Positions 26,401 to 35,586 are shown, numbered from the stretch's first letter. The stretch: 57,781 nucleotides of DNA from Planctomycetota bacterium (GCA_050251015.1 JBFWNO010000004.1:1-57781), one strand, 5' to 3'. Program-made: numbers and translations. Notes: a model not told the origin generated them from the sequence alone.

Positions 26401-27569
26401 TGCGCGTGGCCCATGTCATCACCCGTCTTTGTGCAGGGGGAGCCTCGGAAGCCCTGCGGACTCTCGCTGAGGCCGTCGATGCCAAACGGTTCACCTTGGA
26501 CGTGCTTCATGGCGACGTGGAACCTGGCGAGACGGATGTTTCCGGCGAAGTCGGTCAGGCATTCAAGGCCAAGTTCCGGCTGTCTTCCATGAGACGGTCC
26601 GTGCGCCCATGGAGGGATTTCAGGGCACTTCAAGAGTTGGCTCGGGTGTTGAGGGAGGGTCGCTATGACCTCGTGCACACCCATACGTCCAAGGCCGGCA
26701 TCCTGGGAAGGATGGCCGCCCATCAAGCCGGGATACCTTCGGTGCATTCCACTCATGGCCACATCTTTGCGCCTGGAGCCGGCATTCCCGGCGTGGGTGC
26801 CCTCACGCGTCCAGTGTTTCTTGCACTCGAGCGCCACAGTGCAAGGCGATGCCGCCGCATTTTCACCCTATCCGAAAGGGAGAGGCAGGATTGGATCTCC
26901 ATGGGTGTGGCCCCGGCATCTCTTTATGAAGTCTTGCCCTCCCCGCTCGATGCAAGAAGACTCTTGGCGGCCCGCCCCCGCCGCGATGGATTGAGAAAGG
27001 AGTGGGGGATCGAACCGGGTGTTCCCGTGATCGTGATGGCCGGAAGGCTGGCGGCAGAGAAGGGCCATGCCACGGCGATACGGGCCCTGGCGCAGGGACT
27101 TGACGGTCAGCTTTGGATCGCGGGCGACGGACCCTTGCGACCCTCGCTGATGAACCTCGTGGCAGCGATGGGACTCGGTGCCCGTGTGCGTTTTCTGGGC
27201 CATCGACCGGATTTCCAGGATTGGCTTCCCCTGGCGGATGCCCTGGTGATGCCCAGTACCTACGAGGGCCAGGGCTTGGTGGCGTTGGAAGCCTTTGCCG
27301 CCGGAGTCCCTGTGGTGGCCTCGAACGTGGGCGGGGTTCCTGAAATCGTGGTGCATGAAGTGTCGGGGTTGCTGGTGCCACCCGGGGACAGTGCGGCGCT
27401 GGCAATGGCATTGCGGCGTCTGCAACGGGAGCCAGGGCTTGCCGCAGGCTTGGCAATAAGGGCACTTTCCAGGATCGAGGCTTTCGACCCCGCCACACTG
27501 GCGAAGCGCTTGGAAACGGTATACCTTGAGGTGGCCCCGTTGGATGGCCAACGGTCAAGCTTGAGATAA
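26400..27569 (+). CDS. Glycosyltransferase family 4
   Basis: MRVAHVITRLCAGGASEAL. E-x7-E region STYEGQGLVALEAFAAGVPVVASNVGGVPEIV. The start overlaps the upstream stop by 1 nt (TGATG). Confidence 0.85.
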   Translation: MRVAHVITRLCAGGASEALRTLAEAVDAKRFTLDVLHGDVEPGETDVSGEVGQAFKAKFRLSSMRRSVRPWRDFRALQELARVLREGRYDLVHTHTSKAGILGRMAAHQAGIPSVHSTHGHIFAPGAGIPGVGALTRPVFLALERHSARRCRRIFTLSERERQDWISMGVAPASLYEVLPSPLDARRLLAARPRRDGLRKEWGIEPGVPVIVMAGRLAAEKGHATAIRALAQGLDGQLWIAGDGPLRPSLMNLVAAMGLGARVRFLGHRPDFQDWLPLADALVMPSTYEGQGLVALEAFAAGVPVVASNVGGVPEIVVHEVSGLLVPPGDSAALAMALRRLQREPGLAAGLAIRALSRIEAFDPATLAKRLETVYLEVAPLDGQRSSLR

Positions 27570-27578
27570 GATACGCCC

Positions 27579-28307
27579 ATGTTCGACCCCAAGGCCCACA
27601 TGGAGGAGTTCCTGTCACGCCAACGCCTCTTGGTGGTGGCTCCCCACCCAGATGACGAGACGGCCGGTGCCGGCGGACTGATCACCAGGGTCAAGCGTGC
27701 TGGTGGGCAGGCTTTTGTTTCCGTGCTCAGCACGGGTTGCCTGGACCATTTTGATGGCAAAAAGGGCACGGTGGATGGTGATGAGCGGGGCCAGGAACTT
27801 GCCGATGCCATGAAAGTCCTGAAGGTAGATGATTATGAGATCCTCCTGCCCAACGACACGCTTCACATGCAGCTCGACACCCTGCCCCGCAAGCAGTTGA
27901 TCGATCTCATCGAACGCTCGGGAAGGCTATCCACGGAGAAGGTCAAGCCCACCATGATTGTCCTGCCGGCGCCCAGCTTCAACCAGGATCACGAGGCTGT
28001 CTACAAGGCGGGCATCTCGGCCTGCAGGCCGCACCTTTCGACCCTCAAGGCCTTCCAGCGTGTGGTGCTCATCGCCGATGCACCCCAGCTGTCGTGGACC
28101 AAAGAGATCTTCAAGCCCAATTTTTATGTGGATATCTCGGATTGCCTGGAAGTGAAGCTTGAAGCCTTCCGTCAGCACCGCTCCCAGCAAAGGCCGGCTC
28201 CCCACCAGGGTGGTGTGGATGCCCTGGAGATGCTGGCGCGGATGAGGGGGGCCGAGATCAGCGTGCATGCCGCCGAGGCCTTTGAAATCTTCAGGTTTGT
28301 GGCCTGA
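27579..28307 (+). CDS. PIG-L/LmbE-family N-acetylglucosaminyl deacetylase
   Basis: LLVVAPHPDDETAGAGGLI (AHPDDE signature) and FNQDHEAVY (HxDH-type zinc motif). Confidence 0.85.
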   Translation: MFDPKAHMEEFLSRQRLLVVAPHPDDETAGAGGLITRVKRAGGQAFVSVLSTGCLDHFDGKKGTVDGDERGQELADAMKVLKVDDYEILLPNDTLHMQLDTLPRKQLIDLIERSGRLSTEKVKPTMIVLPAPSFNQDHEAVYKAGISACRPHLSTLKAFQRVVLIADAPQLSWTKEIFKPNFYVDISDCLEVKLEAFRQHRSQQRPAPHQGGVDALEMLARMRGAEISVHAAEAFEIFRFVA

Positions 28308-29488
28308 TGGAATCGGCGGCAGTCTCGGATTCCCCAGTCCCGACGGCCAACGAAGGTCGGATTCTTGTCGTCGATGACGACAAGGGCATCCGCACAATCA
28401 TTGCGACAGTCCTGAAGAAAGCCGGATTCGAGATCCAGCAGGCTGGGAATGGGCAGGAAGGGCTCGAGATCGCCCGTTCCTTGCGACCCGATGTGATCTT
28501 CTCGGATTGGATGATGCCCGTGATGGACGGATTGGAGTTCTGCCGTCAGGTCAAGGCCGACAAGGAGCTCAAGAACACACTCTTTGTTTTGTTGACGGCG
28601 AAGACCGAAACGGAAGACAAGGTCTCGGGCCTTGAGACGGGGGCCGACGATTACCTCACCAAGCCCTTCAAGCATGTGGAGATCATCGCCAAGGCGAAGG
28701 CCGGGATGCGCATCCGCAATCTGCAAAAATCATTGGAAGTTCAGAATGAGGAGCTCAAGAGGCTCCATGCGCTGAAGGATGAATTCCTTGGCATGGCCGC
28801 CCACGACATGCGCAACCCCTTGAGTGTGATCAAGCTCTGGTCCGACAGCATTCTTGAGGGGATCATGGGAGAAGTTCCCGAAAAGCAGGCCCACGGCGTG
28901 AAGATCATCATGACCCATGCCGACAACATGCTCCGCCTGATCAATGATCTCCTGGACATCCAGAAGATCGAGAGCGGGAAGTTGGTGCTCGACATCAAGC
29001 CCTTCCTGATCGGTGAATTGGTGACCCGCTTCCATGTGGCCAACAGGATCCTGGCCCAGGACAAGGGGGTGGACTTTACGGTGGATGTGCAGCCGGGGCT
29101 GGCTCCCGTCAAGTTGGACGAGGGCAAGATCGGCGAGGTGGTCAACAATCTCATGTCCAATTCGCTCAAGTTCTGCCGGAAGGGCGACAAGGTCGTTATC
29201 AAGGTCAGTGCCCCACAGCCCGGCCATCAGCTTGTGGAAGTGATCGACACGGGTCCCGGGATCCGTCCGGAGGAGCTTCCCAAGCTTTTCGGCAAGTTCC
29301 AACAGATCTCCACCAAGGCCACAGGGGGGGAGAAGGGCACAGGATTGGGGCTGAGCATCTGCAAAAAGATTGTAGAATTACATGGCGGCTCCATCGGGGT
29401 CCGCAGTACGTTCGGTGAGGGGGCCACTTTCCACTTCAGCCTTCCGGAAGCCGGCCCGCAATCCACAGCCACAACACAAGGAGCCTGA
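28307..29488 (+). CDS. Hybrid response regulator-histidine kinase (REC-HisKA-HATPase_c) with no TM or sensor domain
   Basis: REC domain: ILVVDDDKGIRTI...DVIFSDWMMPVMDGLEF...LTAKTE...DDYLTKPF. H-box: LGMAAHDMRNPLSVI. N/G boxes: NNLMSNSLKF, DTGPGI, GTGLGLSICKKIV. Confidence 0.9.
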   Translation: MESAAVSDSPVPTANEGRILVVDDDKGIRTIIATVLKKAGFEIQQAGNGQEGLEIARSLRPDVIFSDWMMPVMDGLEFCRQVKADKELKNTLFVLLTAKTETEDKVSGLETGADDYLTKPFKHVEIIAKAKAGMRIRNLQKSLEVQNEELKRLHALKDEFLGMAAHDMRNPLSVIKLWSDSILEGIMGEVPEKQAHGVKIIMTHADNMLRLINDLLDIQKIESGKLVLDIKPFLIGELVTRFHVANRILAQDKGVDFTVDVQPGLAPVKLDEGKIGEVVNNLMSNSLKFCRKGDKVVIKVSAPQPGHQLVEVIDTGPGIRPEELPKLFGKFQQISTKATGGEKGTGLGLSICKKIVELHGGSIGVRSTFGEGATFHFSLPEAGPQSTATTQGA

Positions 29489-29494
29489 ACCGTC

Positions 29495-29734
29495 ATGAGC
29501 ACCGCGAAGAAGACCGCCCCCAAGGACGAAAAGAAGCCCACCGCCACCCATCCCAAGAAATCAGCGGCCGGCTCGGCTCCCAAGGCAGGCCCACGCAAAC
29601 GTTTGGCCAAGGGGCAACGCATCGCCATTCGGAAGGCCAAAAGCGCCCTGCGCCAGACTCTCCTTGAAGGGCCCGAGCTTCAAAAGAAGCTCAAGGAACT
29701 CAGGACCAAGGCCTACAAGGCGTTGATGAAGTAA
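29495..29734 (+). CDS. Small lysine-rich basic protein, function unknown
   Basis: 79 aa. AAGGAG at 29478-29483 lies 11 nt upstream of the ATG, the clearest Shine-Dalgarno sequence in the window. Low-complexity K/A/P-rich N-terminus and a predicted helical C-terminus. Confidence 0.5.
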   Translation: MSTAKKTAPKDEKKPTATHPKKSAAGSAPKAGPRKRLAKGQRIAIRKAKSALRQTLLEGPELQKKLKELRTKAYKALMK

Positions 29735-29829
29735 AGGCGGTCTCGGGCCCCACTTCAACTAGGTTCGAGCGCGACTCGAGCTGAATTCAACGTTTTCAGG
29801 TTTGATGGATTTCTTCCGATGTGCGAAGC

Positions 29830-30690
29830 ATGGGATCAAGGAAATCCAAGGAAGGTTCTAAGGAGGGATCCAAGGGCAGGAAGGGTCCGTCGCCGTGGAC
29901 GCCCTTTGCACGTCAGACCCTTGGCATTGGCGTCACGCTGGGTGTGCTGACCTTGGCGATGTCCGAAGTCCGCTCCGAAGTGATTTCCAGGCCTGAATAC
30001 CTCCTGAGGCCCCAGTCCATGGTGCTGGGCGAGCTCCCCTATTGGATGCGCTCCTCAGAAAGCGTGCCTTTCGACTGCTCGCGCTGGATGGAGGGCCGGA
30101 CCTTGCTGGATGAGGATCTCGATGACGTTGTTCGCTCGGGACTGCTGTCGGTGCCCTGGGTCGAGAGCGTGGGCGCTATCGAACGCCGATTTCCCAACAT
30201 GCTGAGTGTCAGGCTGACCCCACGCAAGCCCGTGGCCCAGGTGCGCGAGGGATTCAAGCGCACCTTTGTCGATGCGGGGGGCGTTTGCCTGCCGGAGTCG
30301 GCCTACAAATCCGACCTCGAACTTCCGTTCATTGAAGGCTTGGGTGACGAGGCTCCTGCGGCCGGAAAATCCTGGAACCATCCCGTGTTGCTCAGGGCCA
30401 TCGACCTGCTCAGGATGTGGCACGAACGCAACATCGCGGAATCCAACCCCATCGCCCAGGTAGTGAGGGTGGAGTGCGCCACGCCATCCGAAATCCTCAG
30501 GGGCAAGCCCGACTTCATCCTACATGTGAGGAGACGGGTGCAGATCTATGTCAATTCGGGAGTCCGTGATGGCGAGGTGCCCTTGGCCGGTGCCCTCTCC
30601 AATCTGGAGAAGATCCTCCTGCACGACCCCCAGCTCGACCATGTGCGTTCCTATGTCGACCTCAGGTGGCGCACGCCAAGATTGCAGTAA
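29830..30690 (+). CDS. FtsQ/DivIB-like protein (TM anchor plus POTRA-like domain)
   Basis: TM LGIGVTLGVLTLAM. The block LLSVPWVESVGAIERRFPNMLSVRLTPRKPVAQV...FVDAGGVCLP resembles the FtsQ POTRA consensus (pwV..a.V.R..P.tl.i.v.eR.PvA). An alternative GTG start lies at 29821. Confidence 0.55.
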   Translation: MGSRKSKEGSKEGSKGRKGPSPWTPFARQTLGIGVTLGVLTLAMSEVRSEVISRPEYLLRPQSMVLGELPYWMRSSESVPFDCSRWMEGRTLLDEDLDDVVRSGLLSVPWVESVGAIERRFPNMLSVRLTPRKPVAQVREGFKRTFVDAGGVCLPESAYKSDLELPFIEGLGDEAPAAGKSWNHPVLLRAIDLLRMWHERNIAESNPIAQVVRVECATPSEILRGKPDFILHVRRRVQIYVNSGVRDGEVPLAGALSNLEKILLHDPQLDHVRSYVDLRWRTPRLQ

Positions 30691-30726
30691 CACCCTATCT
30701 CCCTGAGGTTTGTGTAAAATTGTGGG

Positions 30727-32550
30727 GTGAAAACCCCCTTTGACATCGTGGTGGTGGGTTCCGGTCATGCCGGATGCGAAGCGGCACTGATTGCGGCCAA
30801 GCGGGGGTTGTCCGTAGCCCTCGTCACTCTTGACCCCCAAGCCATCGGCCGCATGAGTTGCAACCCGGCAATCGGGGGGATGTCCAAGGGCCAACTGGTC
30901 CGTGAAATCGATGCCCTCGGGGGCGAGATGGCCAGGGCCATCGATGCCACCGGGATCCAGTTCAAGATGCTGGGCACCAAGAAGGGTCCGGCGGTGCACA
31001 GCCCCAGGGCCCAGGCCGACAGGGTGCTTTATGAAAACCACATGCGCGCTCGCGTGGGGGAATTCGGGAACATCACCGTCCTTGCCGGGGAGGTGGCCGG
31101 GCTCATTGTGGATACCGTTCCGAACGGCAGGGAATGCCGCGGGGTCATCCTGGACGGAGGCATCGAGGTGCGCGCCAAGCGCACGATCCTGACCCCTGGC
31201 ACTTTCCTCGGGGGACTCACCCATTGCGGCAGTGTGCAAAAGCGCGAGGGCCGCTGGGGAGAGGCTCCCGCCCTCAAGCTTTCCGAGCAGCTGAAGTCCA
31301 TCGGTTTCCCGACCTTGAGACTCAAGACAGGCACGCCACCCAGGGTTTGGCTGGACAGCCTTGATCTCACCGCGATGGAAGAGGACAGGGGAGATGACAA
31401 TCCCTCGCCCTTTTCCTTTTCAACATCACCCTCCAACCTTCTCGACAGACCAAGGGTTCCATGCTGGTTCACGGAAACCACACCGGAAACCCATCGCCTG
31501 ATCCGCGAGAACCTGGGTGAAAGCCCATTGTTCAACGGCGCGATCAAGGGGATCGGACCCCGGTACTGCCCCAGCGTCGAGGACAAAGTCGTGCGGTTCG
31601 CAGATCGGGAAAGCCATCGTATTGTGGTGGAACCCGAGGGTCTCGGGCATCCGCAGGTTTACATCAACGGCTTTTCCACCAGTCTTCCGGAGGATATCCA
31701 GCTCCGCATGCTCCACACCCTGCCGGGCTTTGCCTCGGCGAGGATGGCCAGGCCCGGATACAGCGTGGAATACGACATGGTGCCGCCCACCGAACTTCAT
31801 CCCTGGTTGGAGACCCGCCGGGTCCGTCACCTGTTTCACGCCGGCCAGATCAACGGGACATCGGGCTATGAAGAGGCCGCCGCTCAGGGGTTATTGGCCG
31901 GCATCAACGCCGTGGCCTCGCTCGAAGGCCGCGACCCTCTGGTGTTGGGGCGTGATGAAGCGGTGATCGGCGTGCTCATCGACGATCTCGTCACCCATGG
32001 CACCGAGGAACCCTATCGCATGTTCACATCCCGCTGCGAGTTCCGCATGCATCTTAGGCAAGACAACGCCGACCTGAGGCTCATGCCCAGGGCCCGGGAG
32101 CGCGGCCTCCTTGATGAGGTGACGTGGAGAGAACACCAAACGCATACGGCCCTCATCGCCGAGTTGTCGACCTTCCTCCGCAAAAACCGGCATGAAGGCC
32201 AGACGTTGGAGGATCATCTCAGGCGTCCCGAGATGGATGAGGACCGCTTGAGGGTTTTGAGGCCCGAATTGGATGGATACCCGGCAAGGGTTTGGGAGCA
32301 GGTGCGCATAGCCGTGAAGTACGAGGGGTACCTGCGCAGGCAGGATTCCCTCGTCGCCCAACAAAAAAGACTGGCCGGGATGCCCATCCCAGAGACCCTG
32401 GATTTCAAATCCTTGGCGATGATCGGCATGGAAGCCAGAGAGAAGCTTGCAAGGCACAGACCCCGCAATCTGGATCAGGCGGGCCGTATCAGCGGTGTCA
32501 CGCCCGCTGATCTGGCGGCACTTGCCGTGGTGTTGGAGGCCGGACGATGA
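30727..32550 (+). CDS. mnmG: tRNA uridine 5-carboxymethylaminomethyl modification enzyme MnmG (GidA)
   Basis: GTG start. [76 protein letters not shown]. Confidence 0.95.
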   Translation: MKTPFDIVVVGSGHAGCEAALIAAKRGLSVALVTLDPQAIGRMSCNPAIGGMSKGQLVREIDALGGEMARAIDATGIQFKMLGTKKGPAVHSPRAQADRVLYENHMRARVGEFGNITVLAGEVAGLIVDTVPNGRECRGVILDGGIEVRAKRTILTPGTFLGGLTHCGSVQKREGRWGEAPALKLSEQLKSIGFPTLRLKTGTPPRVWLDSLDLTAMEEDRGDDNPSPFSFSTSPSNLLDRPRVPCWFTETTPETHRLIRENLGESPLFNGAIKGIGPRYCPSVEDKVVRFADRESHRIVVEPEGLGHPQVYINGFSTSLPEDIQLRMLHTLPGFASARMARPGYSVEYDMVPPTELHPWLETRRVRHLFHAGQINGTSGYEEAAAQGLLAGINAVASLEGRDPLVLGRDEAVIGVLIDDLVTHGTEEPYRMFTSRCEFRMHLRQDNADLRLMPRARERGLLDEVTWREHQTHTALIAELSTFLRKNRHEGQTLEDHLRRPEMDEDRLRVLRPELDGYPARVWEQVRIAVKYEGYLRRQDSLVAQQKRLAGMPIPETLDFKSLAMIGMEAREKLARHRPRNLDQAGRISGVTPADLAALAVVLEAGR

Positions 32551-33560
32551 AGGGATTCAAGGGGGCTCTCAGCTTTGTTGTGGTGTGCTTCTTGGGGTAT
32601 GGCATGGGACTGGGATACAACGCCTATCGACGGGAAGCCAACCAAAAGGAAAGGCTTGAGGAACAGGTCCGGCAATCCCAGGAGCGCGATCCGGATTCCC
32701 CTGTGGCCATGTTGATCCGCGACCTTGTGGAAGGCAAGCCTCCCAAGGCACTTAGCGATGAAGATAAGACGGCCATCCAGCGCTTGCACAACGAGGCTGT
32801 CTCCCTGGTCCGCTCGAACCGATTGCCCTCCGCGCTGGAAAAATACCGTGAAATGACCAAGCTCGATCCGCGCAATGTGGAAGCCCATGTGGGGTACGCT
32901 GAAACGGCTCTCCAACAGATCCGCTGGGTCAGGGGATATGAGCCCAGCACCTATGACCAGGCCTATCTGGACACTCTTGGGGACCATATGAAGGCGGCCG
33001 GATTGTTGGCCCCCGAAAACTTCGATGTGATGCTGTTGGCGGCCCACTACCAGGGCTACATTGGCAACCTTTATCTCGTGGCCGGTGACACGGCGGGAGC
33101 GGAAGACAGGTTTGGTAGGGCTTCGAGAGTTCTTGAGGACGCCCTGACCCTTTTCGCCTCCGACAAAGCCAAGATCCATCAATTGATCCTTGAGCAATGC
33201 GGCATCCTGAGATACAGGAAAGCCTACAAGGAGGCGCTATCTAAGCTTGATGCTCTCATGGCAAGCCAGGAGATGAGCCTGGCCGTCAGGGGGCACCTCG
33301 AATTCAACAAAGCTCTTGTCTATGCGCAGATGAACGATGAAAAGGCGGCTGTGGAGGCATTTGACCGCTCGTTGGCCTGCTACCCGGAGCCTCCTCCTGC
33401 CATCCTCCTCCATAGGGGCAAGTTCCTGGAGGAGAGGGGATACCGCAACATGGCCCTGCGCGATTTCGAGATTTTGGGCAAAATGGACCCTGATAACGCC
33501 TTTGTTAGGGCCAGGATCACGGCACTGAAATCGAATTCCCCCCAGGAACCCGGAGAATAG
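32547..33560 (+). CDS. Membrane-anchored TPR-like repeat protein
   Basis: ATGA overlap with mnmG. N-terminal TM ([18 protein letters not shown]), then helical repeats of 34-aa-like periodicity ([22 protein letters not shown]..., [18 protein letters not shown]...). Confidence 0.6.
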   Translation: MKGFKGALSFVVVCFLGYGMGLGYNAYRREANQKERLEEQVRQSQERDPDSPVAMLIRDLVEGKPPKALSDEDKTAIQRLHNEAVSLVRSNRLPSALEKYREMTKLDPRNVEAHVGYAETALQQIRWVRGYEPSTYDQAYLDTLGDHMKAAGLLAPENFDVMLLAAHYQGYIGNLYLVAGDTAGAEDRFGRASRVLEDALTLFASDKAKIHQLILEQCGILRYRKAYKEALSKLDALMASQEMSLAVRGHLEFNKALVYAQMNDEKAAVEAFDRSLACYPEPPPAILLHRGKFLEERGYRNMALRDFEILGKMDPDNAFVRARITALKSNSPQEPGE

Positions 33561-33562
33561 CC

Positions 33563-34036
33563 ATGACACGATTCAAGGAAAGCACCGGCAAGCAGGTCCT
33601 TCTGATCCTGTTCCTCATCGTGGCGGCCGTGGGTCTGCTGTTTTACAAAGTGCCCAAGCTTCAGGTGTATGCCTTGAGCTGGAAGCTCAGCTTCAGCGGG
33701 TATTCCAAGGTGGATCTGTTCCGTGAAATGTTGGAGATCCGGCACCCTGCTGTGTTGGAGGTCCTCCTGAACAACCTTCACATTGATGACGAGGACCTTC
33801 CTTCCAACGTGGTCGAGAAGATGGAGGACTTTGACGGGAGGAGTGTGGGGGACTACGCCGCCTATCTGATCAACAAGCACTGCACCTACGAGTTGGATCT
33901 GGAGGGCACGGATCGATATTCCCGCCCCGTGCAGATCAATGCTTTCAAGGTCTGGTTGGAGGCCCATGTGGCCCACCTTGTCTGGAACGAATCGAAAAAG
34001 AAATTCATCGATCCCAGGGTTCCCCTCGAGGAATGA
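33563..34036 (+). CDS. Hypothetical membrane-anchored protein
   Basis: 157 aa with N-terminal TM VLLILFLIVAAVGLLFY. Tightly packed between neighbours (ATGA overlap with gltX). No motif recognised. Confidence 0.5.
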   Translation: MTRFKESTGKQVLLILFLIVAAVGLLFYKVPKLQVYALSWKLSFSGYSKVDLFREMLEIRHPAVLEVLLNNLHIDDEDLPSNVVEKMEDFDGRSVGDYAAYLINKHCTYELDLEGTDRYSRPVQINAFKVWLEAHVAHLVWNESKKKFIDPRVPLEE

Positions 34037-35541
34037 GTTCCGTGAATACCCGTCCGGTCCGCGTGCGCATCGCCCCTTCTCCCACGGGGGACCCTCACGT
34101 TGGTACAGCCTATATTGCCCTGTTCAACATGATGTTTGCGCGCCAGCATGGAGGGCAATTTCTCCTGCGGATCGAGGATACCGACCAGGAACGCAGTTCT
34201 CGCGCCAGTGAAACGGCTATTTTTGAGGCCTTGAAATGGCTGGGACTTCATTATGACGAGGGGCCGGATATCGGAGGGCCGGTTGGGCCTTACCGCCAGA
34301 GTGAGCGGTTGCCTTTGTACAAGAAGCGTTGTGAGGAACTGGTGTCATCCGGAAAGGCCTACCGTTGTTTCTGTACCAAGGAACGGCTTGATGAATTGAA
34401 GGAACTCCAGCGCAAGATGAAATCCGGAAGTGGATACGACGGCCATTGCCGCTACATGGATCCAGCCGAGGTCAGCCGCCGACTGGCTGCCGGGGAACCC
34501 CATGTCGTACGTCTGAGAGTGGAGAAGTCCGGCAAGACAGGTTATGTCGACGGGCTCAGGGGCCTGATCGAATTCGACAACGCCGAGGTCGATGATCAGG
34601 TCCTGCTCAAAAGTGACGGGTTCCCCACCTACCATTTGGCGAATGTCGTGGACGATCAGGCCATGGGCATCACCCACGTGATCCGTGCCGAAGAATGGAT
34701 CCCCAGCACGCCCAAGCACCTGATGCTTTATGCGGCTTTCGGGTGGGAACCTCCCCAATTCTTCCATATGCCCCTCCTGAGGAATGCCGACAAGAGCAAG
34801 ATCAGTAAGCGCAAGAATCCCGTGAGTTTGACCTGGTACCGTGAGTCGGGTTATCTGCCCGAGGCCTTGGTGAATTTTCTAGCCCTCCAGGGTTGGAGCC
34901 ACCCCTCGGGGCAAGACAAGTTCACCCGCCAGGAGATGCTCGAGAGTTTTGACATCACCAGGGTGGGTCTCTCGGGGCCCGTGTTCGACCTGGAGAAGCT
35001 GGGTTGGCTCAATGGCATGTACATCCGCGAATTGCCTCTTCCCAAGCTTCGGGAATTGCTCAAACCCCACATCCCTGAAGGGGCCCACTTCAGTGATGCC
35101 CAACTGACAGCCATTCTGCCGCTGGTACAGGAACGTCTACGCCGTCTCGATGAATTTCATGCACTGACATCCTTTTTTCATCCCGGACCCGTGCCTGTCG
35201 ATCCGGAATCCTTGCGCGTCCGCAAGAAGAACCAGCCTGACGGAGTGGAAAGCAAGACACCTTCCGAGGCGGCCAAGGCCATTGAATCCCTGATCGAGAA
35301 GTGCCGATCCTTCAAGGAGTTCGAGCCGGCTCCCTTGGAGACCGCGGCTCGAGATGTGCTGGCCGGTTTGGAAGGCTGGAAGCCACCCGAGTTCTTCATG
35401 CTGCTCCGAAAGGCCAGCACAGGGACAACGGATGCCCCTCCACTTTTTGACACATTGTCCATCATTGGGAAGGAAACCTGTCTCAATCGCTGGGAACAGG
35501 CCTGCCGTCTTCTTCGAGGGCTTCAAGCTGCGGCATCTTGA
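34033..35541 (+). CDS. gltX: Glutamate--tRNA ligase
   Basis: VRVRIAPSPTGDPHVGTAYIALFN (HIGH-type), LRIEDTD, and KISKRK (KMSKS-type). Confidence 0.95.
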   Translation: MSSVNTRPVRVRIAPSPTGDPHVGTAYIALFNMMFARQHGGQFLLRIEDTDQERSSRASETAIFEALKWLGLHYDEGPDIGGPVGPYRQSERLPLYKKRCEELVSSGKAYRCFCTKERLDELKELQRKMKSGSGYDGHCRYMDPAEVSRRLAAGEPHVVRLRVEKSGKTGYVDGLRGLIEFDNAEVDDQVLLKSDGFPTYHLANVVDDQAMGITHVIRAEEWIPSTPKHLMLYAAFGWEPPQFFHMPLLRNADKSKISKRKNPVSLTWYRESGYLPEALVNFLALQGWSHPSGQDKFTRQEMLESFDITRVGLSGPVFDLEKLGWLNGMYIRELPLPKLRELLKPHIPEGAHFSDAQLTAILPLVQERLRRLDEFHALTSFFHPGPVPVDPESLRVRKKNQPDGVESKTPSEAAKAIESLIEKCRSFKEFEPAPLETAARDVLAGLEGWKPPEFFMLLRKASTGTTDAPPLFDTLSIIGKETCLNRWEQACRLLRGLQAAAS

Positions 35542-35586
35542 ATCGGGCCCCTGTGGGGGGTTAGGCTGTGTCAAAGGGTATGCAAC

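Noticed and set aside
29735-29829. Possible terminator or ncRNA between the small basic protein and the FtsQ-like gene
   Set aside because: Only a weak 5-bp stem (TCGAG...CTCGA) with no U-tract is present. That is insufficient to call a terminator or a structured RNA.
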